Under the pieces are notes generated by a model, which did not search any database, was not told where the DNA came from, and was given only the letters and a program-made list of their open reading frames with translations. A DNA stretch of 64,000 bases from Podarcis vaucheri (Eukaryota), in the NCBI GenBank assembly GCA_965113315.1, contig OZ220370.1; one strand, written 5' to 3'. Positions 50,716-64,000 of this stretch are shown in pieces (positions within the stretch are counted from its first letter, which is position 1; every line of letters begins with the position of its first letter). The translations under genes were made by a program, and so were the position numbers.

Positions 50716-50826
50716 GCAGAGGCTTGACAACCATATGTCTGGAGTGCTCTGATGGTGTTTCCTGCTTGGCAGGGGGTTGGACTCGATGGCCCTTGTGGTC
50801 TATTCCAACTCTCTGATTCTATGATT
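50716..50826 (+). mobile_element. CR1 LINE 3' end
   Basis: gggttggactcgatggccc..ttccaactct and ATTCTATGATT terminal repeat. Confidence 0.8.
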
Positions 50827-52317
50827 AGTGATGCATTCTGTTAATCCAAAAGACTCAACTGAACTTTGGACACATGTTTTATATCTTGCCCTTCCATCTT
50901 CCCCAGCCATTTAATTGCAAGTACTCCAAAAATGTTTAAAGCACATAATGTTGTGGTCAGTTCTCTCGTCCCACTTCTCTTGCCTTGCTCTAGGGAGGGG
51001 CATTATATATCATGTCACAGCAAGCTCCTCATTCTTCGATTCTCCAAAGAAGCAGCAAGCCAGGAAGCTTGACCGATGACGCGTGTCTTAAACTGAACCC
51101 AGGAGAATACAAATCCAAGAGAGATGAGAATGGAATAAACAGGCCCACAGCTTAATGTTCCTGTGCTGGGCATCTCAGGTTAAAAAATAAGTCCACTGCA
51201 TCGAATAAGATTCTGCTAATTCACAACATATGTAGCTCAGCAACTGAGTGCATGGCTTGCATGCGAGAGGTCCCCAATTCAGCTCCTGCCAGGTAGGACT
51301 GAAAAGATCCCTGCCTGAAATCTGCAGCTTCCTCTAGACTCCACCGTTCTCAAGACTCTACTGCACTTCAGATACCCATTTAATTATATCTCCTGCTTTG
51401 AGAAAATGCTACTTCACAGTACGTACCCCCAAAATATTGGAAACAAATAATGAAGGGGAGCAGATACTTGCCTACACTAATTAAGAGTCCAGACTGGCTT
51501 TCAGTCTTCTGGGAAAGGAAGGCACAAATATAGGAAGTAGTTTCAAAGACAAAATAGCTCATGTCCATTCAAAAAGGACCACTAGCAATAGTAGAATTCT
51601 TTAAGCCAAATATATATCATATGACCCACCCACTCTTCACAACATTTGTCCCTTAGAAGGGCAGGGAGGAAAAGAGAAATAGGTTCATAGTTGCTTTTTT
51701 ATCTTCAGAGCAAAAGGAATCATTTTCAGCTGACACTAACAAATAATCACACTTCTCGAATGAAGGAGGAAAATAACAGCAACAGTGTGAAGATGAGTTC
51801 TTTCATCCGCAAGGCGACAGAAAACAAGTGAACCAACTGGTGAAAAGGGAAAGAATAGACAGAAGAAACGCAAAGGATCAGCTTTAAAAAGTATCACCCC
51901 ATTGCTTCAAAGGATGGCAAACGCGTTGATAAAGACAGAAGAGTACTTGTTCAGGCTCCCAAAAAATATCAGTTGACACAATTAATTTTCTGTCCAAGTG
52001 AAAGGGATGCTAACTATAAACTACTTAAGGCAGGAGGCCTGTGCACACTTCCATTCAAGGCAACTCCCTTCTATAATTCAATAATACTTAATTTTCCAAG
52101 TGAATGAGTTTATGATTGAGCAACACATCAAAACTGAAGTGACATGCACACGAATGATCCACATTCAATGTAAACATGTCCATAATGTAGGAATTACATG
52201 CAGGGGCATTTGATGAGGAAGGTGGCAGGGGGAGAAAAGAGATAGATCCACATTTACAGACAATACAAGATATTCCAATTTTGCATTTTTAATAAAAATA
52301 AAATACAACCAAAATAC

Positions 52318-52467
52318 CTTATCCGGCCACCACTGCAAGTCCTCTCCTAAAGAGACTGGGCTTTGGACAGGTGTGTTCTTCTTGTCAAGGTTTGGCTCCC
52401 CTTCTTTGCTTGTAGAGCCTCTTTCATTATCAAATGAGGCTCCATCAAGCCACCTTCTTTCACGCAA
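52318..52467 (-). CDS. UBR5: UBR5 exon 9 (5' part lost in assembly gap)
   Basis: LRERRWLDGASFDNERGSTSKEGEPNLDKKNTPVQSPVSLGEDLQWWPDK. Confidence 0.93.
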
Positions 52468-52623
52468 NNNNNNNNNNNNNNNNNNNNNNNNNNNNNNNNN
52501 NNNNNNNNNNNNNNNNNNNNNNNNNNNNNNNNNNNNNNNNNNNNNNNNNNNNNNNNNNNNNNNNNNNNNNNNNNNNNNNNNNNNNNNNNNNNNNNNNNNN
52601 NNNNNNNNNNNNNNNNNNNNNNN
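52468..52623. other. Assembly gap (156 N)
   Basis: Run of N. Confidence 1.
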
Positions 52624-54648
52624 TATAGATTTCACTTAAGTGTAAATATAAAAATGACATGCAACACTCAAAATATTAACCCTTTCAAGCATATGTACTT
52701 TGGTATTGCCAAAATAATTTGAAATGCAAGAATGAGACTAGAAAAAAAGTTCAAAATCTGAAGTTTCAAGCTACTCAAAAAATGAATTAACAGAAGGAAA
52801 AAAATTACCTCACTGTTTACTTAGGATGAGATAAAAGGTGATTTAAGATTTTTATAGTACCATATGCAAAGAGTATATTGTGGGTGATCTTATCAAAGAA
52901 CAGCAAGAAAAATAGATGCCACCAAACAAGGCAATGTCTCTTTTAGAGACTTTTTAAGCTAACCAAAAAGGAGTGTTTATTAGAGAGTCTCAGAATTTTT
53001 CCCAACCACCACCACCACCACTTGAAAAGGTTAAAAAACAATCTTAAACTTCTGTAAAATTTGCTAATCCAACCCCTTCACTTAAACAAACATATAGGAC
53101 TCGCTTTGATTTTTAAAAGCTTGTGGCAAAGCTGCTTAACTGAAAATTTTTGTAGTCAGACAACGTTCTAAAAAGATTTTTGAAGGAGAATGTTCCTTAC
53201 CAAAATGCTTTCCCTCCAATTGGCCTAAAATTGTCTAAAGCCAGTACTCTCCAGTTCTCTCATACAATTAAAATTTTAAGTCAGGTAATCAAGCTAAATA
53301 TCCAAGAGTCAAATATACATGGAAAATAAGGATTTTTTTCATCTTAACATAGAAATAACCTTAGAAAGGAAAAAGGGAGTGATTTAAGAAAAGTCAGAGG
53401 TTGAATATACGTACATGCACATAATGCATTTAACATATGAGTCTTCATTTGTATTGATAAACTCTTTAAGAACAAATCTCTCGTCTTTCCTCCTTGCTCT
53501 CTTTTTCCTTCTGGTATCTGTCATTTCATTCTCTTCCTTTATTTCAAAACTAATCTCCACATAGCTTACTTCTCTCCCCCCCCCCTTGCTCTACAGCCCA
53601 ATTCCTAACAACTTTATTTTTTATCTCCCATGACCCATCTACTCGGACTAATGCTGGGCCAAAAATCATCTCCCACCCTAATGGTAGTGCTCATGCCCCA
53701 TGAAAAGGTTTGGGGGGACATTTTCTGCAACTTTTGGGGCTAGTAAGGCAAATTCAACAAATTGAGAAAGGCCTCCCTCTACGATATGAGGTGGTGGAGG
53801 GTTCCTTACGCTTCAAAAGAAAAAAGTTAATCAAGAAAAAAAGAAGTTTTCCTTCTGCTTGAAACAGAGCTACAATTGACCGTCTGTTGATAGGTCCTAT
53901 AAAATGCTAAATAGGAATGACTAAATCATGATGAGCGACTGTGTTCACTGCCTCAAAAAGCAGTAAAAAATCTTCCATTTGAACAAAAAGGTAGTTGTGA
54001 TAACGTTTTCCTTCATACTGATATCAGAAATTTTCAGTCTCTCTCCACTTCTGTGCTTGTATGAATTTTATTGCCATTGTTTACACCAGAACTATGCCTT
54101 TGGGTTAGGGAAAAGGAGGAGGAGATGGGTGTACTGGGGGGGGGCGCTATTTATTTATTTATTTTTAAAAATAAACAAAAAGTAAAAACATTAAGGAAAC
54201 CCTCAGACACCTCATATTGTATAAGTAAGCCCTCTTGCCCCCCAAAATGCATCCAATATGCCACTCCCCCTCAAAAGGCAACTCTGGCTGTTCTAAGTCC
54301 ACCCAGTCCCCACCCCCAAGATCACTGGGGAGAAATGGGCCAAATAGGTCAAACTTAAGCACATTTAAAACAGCTTTTAGAGATGAAGAGTAGACTAAGA
54401 AGATCGTGTAAACCTTCTCCCCACCACCTTCTGCATAAATTCCTCTTCTTTCCTCCCTCCAGCTTTGGAATTACATGCGGCCATTGCCAATCCAAGTTAA
54501 GATGAAACCAAGCATGTAATAAACTCATTCCAAGAACCTTAATGGTTTCGTCTCTCTTTTAATGTAGAAACTGAAGACAGAGTGTGTGCACTCGAAGAGG
54601 TAGGAGGTGGATGCATGTGATCCTGCAGCCTGCACTCAACACCTAAAC

Positions 54649-54848
54649 CAGGGGTCAGCAAGGTTACCGGACGATGGGCCGGTCTACATTCCATCCGTCG
54701 GTGGATGGGCAGGAGCATGTGTGCACGCACACTCTTCTGGGTCAGAGGAGCGCCTGTGCGCCATCAATCCGGAAGCTGGTCCCCGTGCCGCACTGGTAAG
54801 AGCGGGCAGTGGCAGGGGTCGCCATAGGCCTTAGGTTGCTGACCCCTG
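54649..54848. mobile_element. hAT (Charlie-type) MITE, 200 bp
   Basis: 13-bp TIR caggggtcagcaa / ttgctgacccctg; perfect 8-bp TSD acctaaac. Confidence 0.92.
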
Positions 54849-55910
54849 ACCTAAACCCTAGCTTCAACGTTATGTCTGAACCATGTCTCAAGAATGATGA
54901 CAAGGTATTTTGTTCTAATCCTCTACGGCACCTACAGAAACTGCATAAATAATTTTATGACGCTAGATTGGATAAATCTAACAGGTCGAGAAAATTAAAA
55001 TTATGCCTAATACGTACAGCAACCATTTTATTGATCCTAACTTGTGATAACACTTAGATATTCAGGTACTGGAATATCTAACAGAAAAAAATTGGAATGG
55101 GCAGAGCAATACTCCATGAAGATCATGATAGAGGTTGGATTAACAATTAGCAAAATGTTATGGATACGCATAATAGTTATTTTTAAGAAGCTATGAAGGA
55201 ATAACTAAGTATCAGATCTGGTGTTACATTTCATACGCTTTTCAAGTCATGCTTAGAACTTGACGCCATGCAAAGTATTCTGTCATTGCAATGGGTTATG
55301 AATAACAGACATGGAATTTGAGCACTGCAAGCCATTTCAGAATGCAGTTAAATTCCAGCTTGCCCGACCTATTGTTGAGTATGTCATTATTACTACACTT
55401 TGCAAAGAAAATGTTTACTCTTAGAGCAGTGCATAAGGAGCAGCGGAAGAGCTTTCAATGCTACCTACTGGAACAGATGTAGGACTTCTAACTATACTAT
55501 TGAGTTATGCCTCCAGACTCAGGAAGGCACAAAATTCCCTGTGTACCATGGATACTGAGCAATTGAACTCCCTTTCGGAATGTTGCATGAGAAAAACATT
55601 TGAGTTTTTCAGTAAGTACTCCCTAAGTAGGCATGGTTTTTTAAAAACTGGCTTTAGGCAGATTGCTTTTTGAAAGCCTCATGCACATTTCACCTGTCAA
55701 ACGTTTCAAACATACTGCTAGCGATTAATTTCACACACTTACATCATACAGTTTTTACAGCTTAATGCAAGAAATTTTATTTATCTATATTTAAAACAGA
55801 AAAGGGTTGTACACACAAAACTAAAGACAAAAATCACCAGCATGTGCTATAACTAGTGTACTGCACAGCAATGCTACTTATTTACAAAGAAAAAAAAGGT
55901 GCAAAATTAC

Positions 55911-56060
55911 CTCGGGACGAGCTTAGCCTGGAAAGTGATGAGCGCCGAAAGGATGGATAACCAAAGTAACTAATATCTTCTGAAAACATAGCATCAGCAT
56001 CAATAATGACACTTGGGTGAGCAGAATGTATGTCAGCATCCAGAAGAGACATAAGATCCT
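55911..56060 (-). CDS. UBR5: UBR5 exon 8
   Basis: DLMSLLDADIHSAHPSVIIDADAMFSEDISYFGYPSFRRSSLSRLSSSR. Confidence 0.95.
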
Positions 56061-59000
56061 CTATAAGAGGAGACAAGGATCTGAGGTGAATTATCAGCTA
56101 CTTGAAATATCATCTTGAAAGACCATCACCAAACAAGACAAAACCACCAACAAAAACTGATGTTCTGTTCTTCAGATTCCCTAGCGTACGGATGTATTGC
56201 CTACTGCTCACATATGCGATCAAGCAAAATGTCCTGATTTAAGAAACCAATGTTAGCTATATCAACTGATCCAGACATGGTTCAAAGCTGGAAGCGGTTA
56301 AACAATATAAAAAGAACAAGGCTCAATAAGTTTATGTTCCAGAAGAAAGCAGATAAAAAGACTTCCTCCAAAGCGAATAAAGCTCATGTTTGCCTATTAC
56401 TAAGACAATAACTTCCTAAACTGGAAAATGTCATTTTGAATAGAGTCTGCTGATAACTTCTGCAAGAAATCATAAGCATGGCCCCCCCCCCAAACAAACT
56501 CTACGTTTTCTATCATGAAGTAACTGATTTTAATGGTAGGACAGTGCCCCATCTTTTAATACTCTATCCTGAGATTATAAAGATCCTACCTTAGGTGCTG
56601 GAAAAAAATATCTGCCCTTCTGACTTTCTGTTAAATTCTATTAAATTTATTTTCCAACACAAAGCAGGAAATGCTGTCCACATTGACAGCAGATATATTT
56701 TTATATTTCTGGCAGTGTTTTTCAAGCTCTATAAAATCACACCCCACTTCTTACATTAACTAGGCTTTCCATAGACATTCCCAACCACAAGCCTTGCTAT
56801 GGGTACTCATCTAGGTGCACTGAATGCGTCCACCCATCGTGGACATCTCTCTATTAAGGTAATCTCATTGAGACTGCAACTTTCACTTTGAAAAACCCTG
56901 ATGTTTTTATACATCTGATACCAATTGTACATGCAAAATTGTTTTCAGCTTCTTTCCTCCCTCGCCCAAAATGTCCTTCACTGGTACCTTGTACCATCCC
57001 AGGGATCCCTCCACTAAGTCAAGGAAACATAGGTTTATGCAATCCTTTCAGCGTCCATCCTAAGAATCACAACCTCAACACTAATTACTTTCAGCTTCTC
57101 TGCACATGGCATCCTCTAGAACAGTAGTTCCCTGCCCCAAAAAATAATCCCCACAAACCACTTGAAAGTTGCTGAGGGTCTTGGCAGACCACTTCATAAT
57201 TTTTCTGCCTGTTGTAACAACTGTAATGTGCTGTGCCCAATGCTATATGATTTGTAACTGTGCTTTTACTCACATATCACAGGGTACCTGAATGAAGCTT
57301 GCAGACCACTTGTGGTCCACAGACAATGATTTGGGAATCCTTGCTCTAAGAACAAGGATAAAGAATTGCCAATGGAAATTTCACTCCAACAACACCTGGA
57401 GGACCACAGCTTCCCCACCCTTGCTCTTAAAAAAAGGGTTGAAATTTTCAATTACTAGTAATCAGTGCTTTTTGTCTAGAAAAATAGGTGCTGGTACTCA
57501 CAATGAAGCTATTACAGTTAAGTGCCACACTTTTTAACAACAACAAAAAGAGGTGCCAGTACTACGTACCAAACAAAACATTCCTTACACAGATATCACC
57601 AAATGCCCAACTGGATAAATCTACATATGTAACTGAAACAAGCCCAAAATATAAACATGCAAAAACAACAACACCTATTTCACTATCTGTCTGTGAACTA
57701 TTACCTCTGAAAAAATTACCAGACAAAGCTAAAGCCAATAGGGCACACCACCACTTGACCTCTTCCTAATGCACTGTTCAAAGCCTCCAACAGATGCTTA
57801 TTTCATATGAAATCCTCCTGATACAGTGATGATTGAGAATTTGAAGGTCACATTAAAAATAAACAGTAGAGCTGAACTCTCCTGTAAAAACAATGGAGTA
57901 ACTTGGCTGAATAATTTTGTTCAGTGCTGCAACACAGATTCCAAAAGTCACACCAAAACTACTGCTGCAGCTCAGAAGCCAAGTATTTTCCCGTGACAAG
58001 GGTCATCAGAACACAAAGTTAAGATAAATAACCAAAGAAACCAGAATGTTCAACTCTGGAAAATTCCGTGAATATAGAATACCAGGAAACGGGGGCAAGT
58101 ACTGACCAGCTTTAAACAGCAAGGCTTTGCTCTCTGAGCAGAACCCTTTTTCATGCAGCCTCAGGACTGTTTCACGTCCATATTTTATCAACATAAGACA
58201 ACTTTGGCAGTTACCTTTTGGTGGAGATGCACGTGCCCCAATGTGCACCTAGAATACCATCACCTTGTATCTCAAAATTGGGACTTGCTGAGCATCTATT
58301 GAACCTTACAAGGAATGTGATAAACCTCCCTGACCTAAAAGTGCCGTCAAGTCTATCTGAGGTAGAAGTATCGCTGTGTAAATTGTTTTGTTTTGTTTTA
58401 GTAAATTTTACCTAATTCATATTTAATGTCTCAAAGCAACAAGAGCATTACAACTGTAAGCAAACTTTGTAGGAATAAAGGTTTTTTAATAGTCATGCTT
58501 TCAAATATGTATTTCAATGAGTAAAAACAGGGGTGCTTTGTCTACCTGTCTGTGATTCATCTGCCACTGAGCTTGCTCAGTTCTTCCCAACGACAAGAAA
58601 TCACACAAGCAAACCAAGCCCCGCAAAAGACAGTCTAAGAGAACACTAGCCCTTGAAAGGGGTTGGGGATGTAGGAGCTACTCTCACCCCCCTTCCTTTT
58701 GTCTGTCACAGAAGCTCAAGACAAGAAGAATGAGATATGGAGACATGAAAAAAACTTTAGCTGAAAGAAAGGAGCAGATAGGGAAGATTTTGCTTGGGCA
58801 TTTTATTAATATTTTAAATAGTCATCTATGGAAGATATGAAATTTGGCAGCTAGGTTTAGAGACTGCCATAGTTCCTTATCTCAAAGGCAAGGCACAAGC
58901 CAAGAGGCAGAGCATGTTATAGAATGAGAAACATGAAAGCTGGATGCATTAACAGAGCCATACTTTTGACTCCTTACTCAGAAGCAAGCTCCTATTATGA

Positions 59001-60003
59001 TCAACAGAACTTTCTCCCTAGTTTAGGATTTCAGCCGAATATAGTCTTCCCTTTACACATTCAAAAAGGCCCAACGCGGCAAAAATTTACACACCAACCA
59101 ATGCAACAATTTTTAAAAACCTTTTTAAAAACAGCCACCAGGAACAGTTCACACAGGTTGGTATCCAGTCATTATCAAGGAGAGCTTCACATGGCTCAAA
59201 GTTACATTGTATAAATAGGCCCTTTGCCTAACAAGCACCCAGGTTAATTCTTGTCCCTGGCATATCACACATTATGAATCACTAGCCTTTCACAACAACA
59301 GTAATGTCAACTGCTGTCAATATTAAAACAAAATTGCTAATTCTTCGCTTGTCAAAACAAACATGCAAATCATTTACAGTCTTCCCACTTTATAAGCTTC
59401 CCACTGTGGCCCTTTGTATTAGACAAGTTGTGCACCCTGGTTCTCCAGTATCTGAGGAGCAACACAGTCTAGAGATCTACAGGCTTTGTGTGAAAGTGCA
59501 TGTGAGGTATGGAAAATCATGCCCCAAATAGGAATGCCTATCAATTATATAAAATGCCAACTTACTCAAGACTGGTACATTTTAAGTGTACAGCTGTTCT
59601 AGCATAACTGTCTCCTGATAGTTACAAAACAGAAGGTCTTAGCAGTAAGAGCTCTTTACGCTTGAGGGGAGACCCTCTTAACAAGATAAATGATGATGGT
59701 CAAAGTATGTACAAGCTTTCGTTATACCAGACCTCTGAACTGTTGCTTCAAATCCAATAAATTAACTCAAGACATTCACTTCCATACAAGTTAACCTTAG
59801 TTTTGTCTTGCCTATTACTTTCTCTCTTATTTACTGGAACCAAAGAGCAATCAATATTTCTGTATCTCCATAGGGTACACAGCAAAGAACATAAGGCTAA
59901 CTCTTTACCAGTACTGCAAACTGAAAGTCTATTGCACTTTGACAGAATAACTTAATATTGCTTTTAATGATGCAAAAAAAAGGAAACATTGCCCAATACA
60001 AAC

Positions 60004-60163
60004 CTCCAGGAAGGTAAGATTCACTCGCCGTGTCGTCACCATCATCCCCATCTTCATCATCACGGCTCAGCAAGTTGTTGACTGCAAGATTTACATCAAG
60101 ATTTGTCCGCTGGAGCTCTCTGATAATTACACTCCTAGATTTTCCTTGTAAAACAACTTGTGC
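60004..60163 (-). CDS. UBR5: UBR5 exon 7 (UBA domain)
   Basis: [53 protein letters not shown]. Confidence 0.96.
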
Positions 60164-60349
60164 CTATACAAAATAGAATGCATTTTAATCAATGTAACAT
60201 GTTACACCACCCCAGGTAATATTCATCAACAGAAACAAACATTTCTGGAGTAGTAGAAGTCAACAATATACTCCATATAAGCAGATATCATGTTTAATTG
60301 GAAAAAGGTAAACAGACTGATTTTGGATGCTAGTAAGTAATGTGAAGTC

Positions 60350-60554
60350 TCAGTAGTGGCGCCCTCCCTGTGGAACGCCCTCCCACCAGATGTCAAAGAT
60401 AACAACAACTACCAGACTTTTAGAAGACATCTGAAGGCAGCCCTGTTTAGGGAAGCTTTTAATGTTTGATGTATCACAGTATTTTAATATTCTTTTGGAA
60501 GCCGCCCAGAGTGACTGGGGAAACCCAGCCAGATGGGCGGGGTATAAATAATAA

Positions 60555-60600
<46 letters not shown>
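60350..60600 (+). mobile_element. L2-clade LINE 3' end with long (TTA)n tail
   Basis: Encodes SVVAPSLWNALPPDVKD..FRRHLKAALFREAF, an L2 ORF2 C-terminus. Confidence 0.82.
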
Positions 60601-62300
60601 GTAACTTCTGGCTGTGGAGCAGTTTATAAATCTGTAAAAATAAAGATCTTTTGTTTATTTCTATTCTTTGCTGCTTAAACATTCCTTCGCTCCACTCCAC
60701 AGGCTACTTTTAAGAAGGCTACCGATGTTCCTTTTTGGGGACATCCTTAATAATAACTTTCTTATACCCAGCCTTCCAGAAACAAGCCTCCAGCAAAGAC
60801 ATGAAGGATTCACGCCATCCTCGCCTCAAAGCTCATGGCACACAGTGTATATATATATATATGGATGATTCAGGACTCCTCTCTAAGTAGGTGAAAGGAG
60901 TGGGATTCTGACCCCTGCCAAGCCAAACCTCTGCAGCCCCTTGCCAGGAGAATGGGCATACTAACAGCAGCTGTTTATTTACTTTCAAATCATGCTAGAC
61001 AGGTAACAAATGTGAGAACATGGTCCAGAATTTGGAAGAATCATCTCCTACCACATGAAACATTTGCTCAAATTGCCAAGGGAGGTCCTTCTGCTCACGT
61101 GGCTTCAGAGGTGAGGCTGGCTGGGGCGCAAGGAAGTGAGTTCACCATAGCAGTGCCCAGAATAAAAACTTATGCAACATTTGGGGGGGAAACTGTGGTT
61201 CAGGGAGGCTTTTGGTCTAAGAGGCTGGAGATATTTCATCTGACATATTTTTACCTGACACATTATTTATTTTGGATATTTGCTGTTTGGTTTTTTAAAA
61301 TATGATTATATAGTCGTTTATTTTTGATGATGTATGTGATCTCAGTAACTTGGTACAGATATGGCAAGGATAAATATCCTGCCAGATAAAAATGATTTTC
61401 AGGGACTGTTGTGCTTCTCTTTTTCTTGGCTATATTGAATATGTCAGCCAGCTTGTGTCATATAGCACAAAGTCTGCCTCTTATAAATATTCTAAAACTA
61501 AGAAATTAGAAAAGCGATTATCAATTTACAAGGAAGATGTGAATTTACCATTACAGAATATTAGTTAACAATGTGAATAAAATCAAAGTGTTCTGGTGCC
61601 CAGGTGGGGGTGGAGGAAGAGGCCAATAGAAAGAAAGCGTAAAAATAATACAAACGTGTGCAGTGTCTGAAGAAATTTACCCACAGGCATTATAGGAAAC
61701 AGAACGTAATCTCAGAGCAATTATCAATTATCCCTGGGAGTCCAGGGCCAATTAAACTAGTCTCTAAGGCCTGAACAACAAGCTCCATCATCTTTACACA
61801 ATACTAAAGAAATACTAACCAACTAACCTACTTTTAAAATTACTGCTAACCCTCATGTCAACAGAAATTGTTCCTTCTCAATAATCTGTAGTCTGCCAGC
61901 TAATCTTTAGAGAATAGTCAACACAAATGTTTTTTTCAAATGTTCGAACAATAAGTGACTTGCATTATGGGTGGGTGGTGTTTATTTCTTTATTCACTGA
62001 AATTTGGGCCAGGTTTTTTTCAAAGGCTGACTCAAAATATTTCAGTCCCAGGACCACAAACCAAAATGTGCTCTCAGTCAACCTTAGCTTTACATGAATC
62101 TGATGCAGATACTCTGCCTTTTCTCATGTTTCCAAACATTGTGAACGTCTAAGGGCACGAAAGCATTCCATCTTCCTCCAATATATATACACACATATGT
62201 AAGAAACTTGCAAAATAAAGAAATAAAGAAATAAGCAAGCATCTCCCAGTTACTCATTTTCCACAAATTTGAAATATTTCATCACAAGAAAGATTCATAC

Positions 62301-62490
62301 CTGTGAAATGAGTTCTTCTGGAATAACAGACGCTGGAATCACTGGCTGGGGCTGACTACCCAAGAGCCCAGAGCCTCTATCACGTCCTGTTCGAATCACT
62401 CGCGTTTGCCTCCTGGAATCTCTAGCTCCAGCTGATGATCTACCAGAGGATCCTCCTCCGCTTCCTCCAACACCCGAGCTCCAGCGACTC
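62301..62490 (-). CDS. UBR5: UBR5 exon 6
   Basis: SRWSSGVGGSGGGSSGRSSAGARDSRRQTRVIRTG...VIPEELISQ. Confidence 0.95.
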
Positions 62491-63765
62491 CTGAGGAATT
62501 TTAAAAACGGCAATAGATTTATGTGTTTGAGCTATTTTACAAGCTATCATGTATCTGAATTTAACTGTTGACTACAGTACACTAGCCATGTGATTCACTA
62601 GCATTTTAAAATGAAGCTAGAATGCTTGATACAATGGCATCTTTTCTGTACAGCAGTTTTGCAAATGCAATTTCTTTAAAAGACTCCAAAGACTATAAAT
62701 TCACAAGCTAGTTTGCATTAAGATGAACTTCTTTACTTTCAGCTTTTATTTTTATTCTACATTCCAGCCAACTTCTGAAATTATTAACAATGTAGTCATT
62801 GCATACATGTGCAAAAGATCAATATGCTTATGTTTTCATATCCAAGAGCCATACGTTCTGAGTTACAGAATCAGACTGCTACACTACAAATAATTAAAAC
62901 AGAACTCCCCCTATTAAATATGACATTTTCTATGTAAACTGTTTAAATACTACCACATCTTAATGGCCATATATTGGTTAAAATTATAAATTGCTTCAGA
63001 AATAGTAATCCTTCCAGTAAATATCTCCTTTGGAAGAAAGGGCACAATATAAATATCTTTACCAATAATAAGAGGTAATTTATTTTGAAATATTTGTATT
63101 AGTGGAAATGTAGGATATTATTTATGCTTTTTTTTTCTTTTTCTAGGCTGAAGATAGGGCTTGTTTTGATATAATGTTTTATTAACTAAATACACTTGGC
63201 ACACTCCAAATGTGAGGCTGTTCAGATATCTTGAAATTGAAGTAATGAACCATTCTTGAGACGATACTAACAATTGTTGCTGATGTGATACAAATGCAGC
63301 ATGTTTAACTAGAAATCCTCTGTTTACTTCTAAATCATGCTAGCTTTCTTCAACAACATAAATAACAAATATGTCCGAATACAGGTCATGACACACATGG
63401 AGATATTTTTCCTACAAATGTTTTAATTTGTATTTTTAATTTTAGTCCCGTACTACAGAGCAGATTCATGCGACATTTTGAGTCAATTATGTTCCCCTAA
63501 AATGAAGTCATTGTTATTCAGGAAAAAAAATCTAAAAGGACTACCCACAGTAGCAGACATGTTTTTATTACGGTTAAAGTAAATTAGATTGCTTGCAATT
63601 ATAGATTTAACATTCCAAACTTAACCGCTTAATAGCATTTTTCCAAAAAGCTAGCTAAACTACTTCTGCATTTTGGTGGTCTTATACATACGGGAGACAA
63701 TGTTATGTGTAGCCACACATAACCAAGTGCAAACAGATGGTCGCCTCAACCCTATCAAAACTTAC

Positions 63766-63885
63766 CCAAGGGTGTTGCCTGCCAGTCTGCCCAGAGTTTC
63801 AGAACCAGACAGAAACCATGGGGAATCACTAGTTCTGCCTGGCCTGGATGTCCTTCCTGCCCCTGAGCCACTGCTCAACTTTGAA
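63766..63885 (-). CDS. UBR5: UBR5 exon 5
   Basis: SKLSSGSGAGRTSRPGRTSDSPWFLSGSETLGRLAGNTL. Confidence 0.94.
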
Positions 63886-64000
63886 CTGAAAGTAAAAGAT
63901 GGTAGATCAGTCACAATACAATCCCAAATGGGTTACGAACAAAGCCTGGAATCCCAGGTTTAAATTATCAGGGACTTAGTCTGGTAACACACCAGCTTAA

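Larger units (their letters stand above)
10584..63885 (-). other. UBR5: UBR5 (EDD) E3 ubiquitin-protein ligase gene, exons 5-59; 5' end outside window
   Basis: 55 phase-consistent exons encoding UBA, UBR-box, MLLE/PABC and HECT domains, ending KTKNFGFV*. Confidence 0.98.

Noticed and set aside
52165-52660. ORFs containing X runs
   Set aside because: Artefacts of the N gap; only 52318-52467 is real coding sequence.
60350-60700. ORFs with poly-Ile or poly-Leu tracts
   Set aside because: Translation of the (TTA)n tail of an L2 element.

Overview
Vertebrate genomic DNA, most likely from a lacertid-type lizard, judged from Sauria/Squam SINEs and BovB, L2 and Penelope fragments. Two minus-strand genes lie in the order known from other amniotes. 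The first is the 5' end of RRM2B (exons 1-4, CpG-island promoter at ~3.1-3.7 kb). The second is UBR5/EDD, a HECT E3 ligase, for which I traced 55 coding exons in consistent phase from 63885 to the stop at 10584. Numbered back from 59, the count recalled for human UBR5, these are exons 5-59. The start of exon 9 is hidden in a 156-N gap. Introns carry SINEs, LINE ends and MITEs with recognisable terminal inverted repeats (TIRs) and target-site duplications (TSDs). The most notable non-coding signals are two hammerhead-ribozyme motifs in Penelope-like fragments, both antisense to UBR5; an inverted SINE pair around exons 15-19; a 5'-only LINE-like ORF with a PIP-box-like motif near the RRM2B promoter; a GC-AG intron; and candidate cryptic or poison exons. 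I found no evidence for a wholly new protein-coding system. All calls are by eye and from recall; no searches were run.
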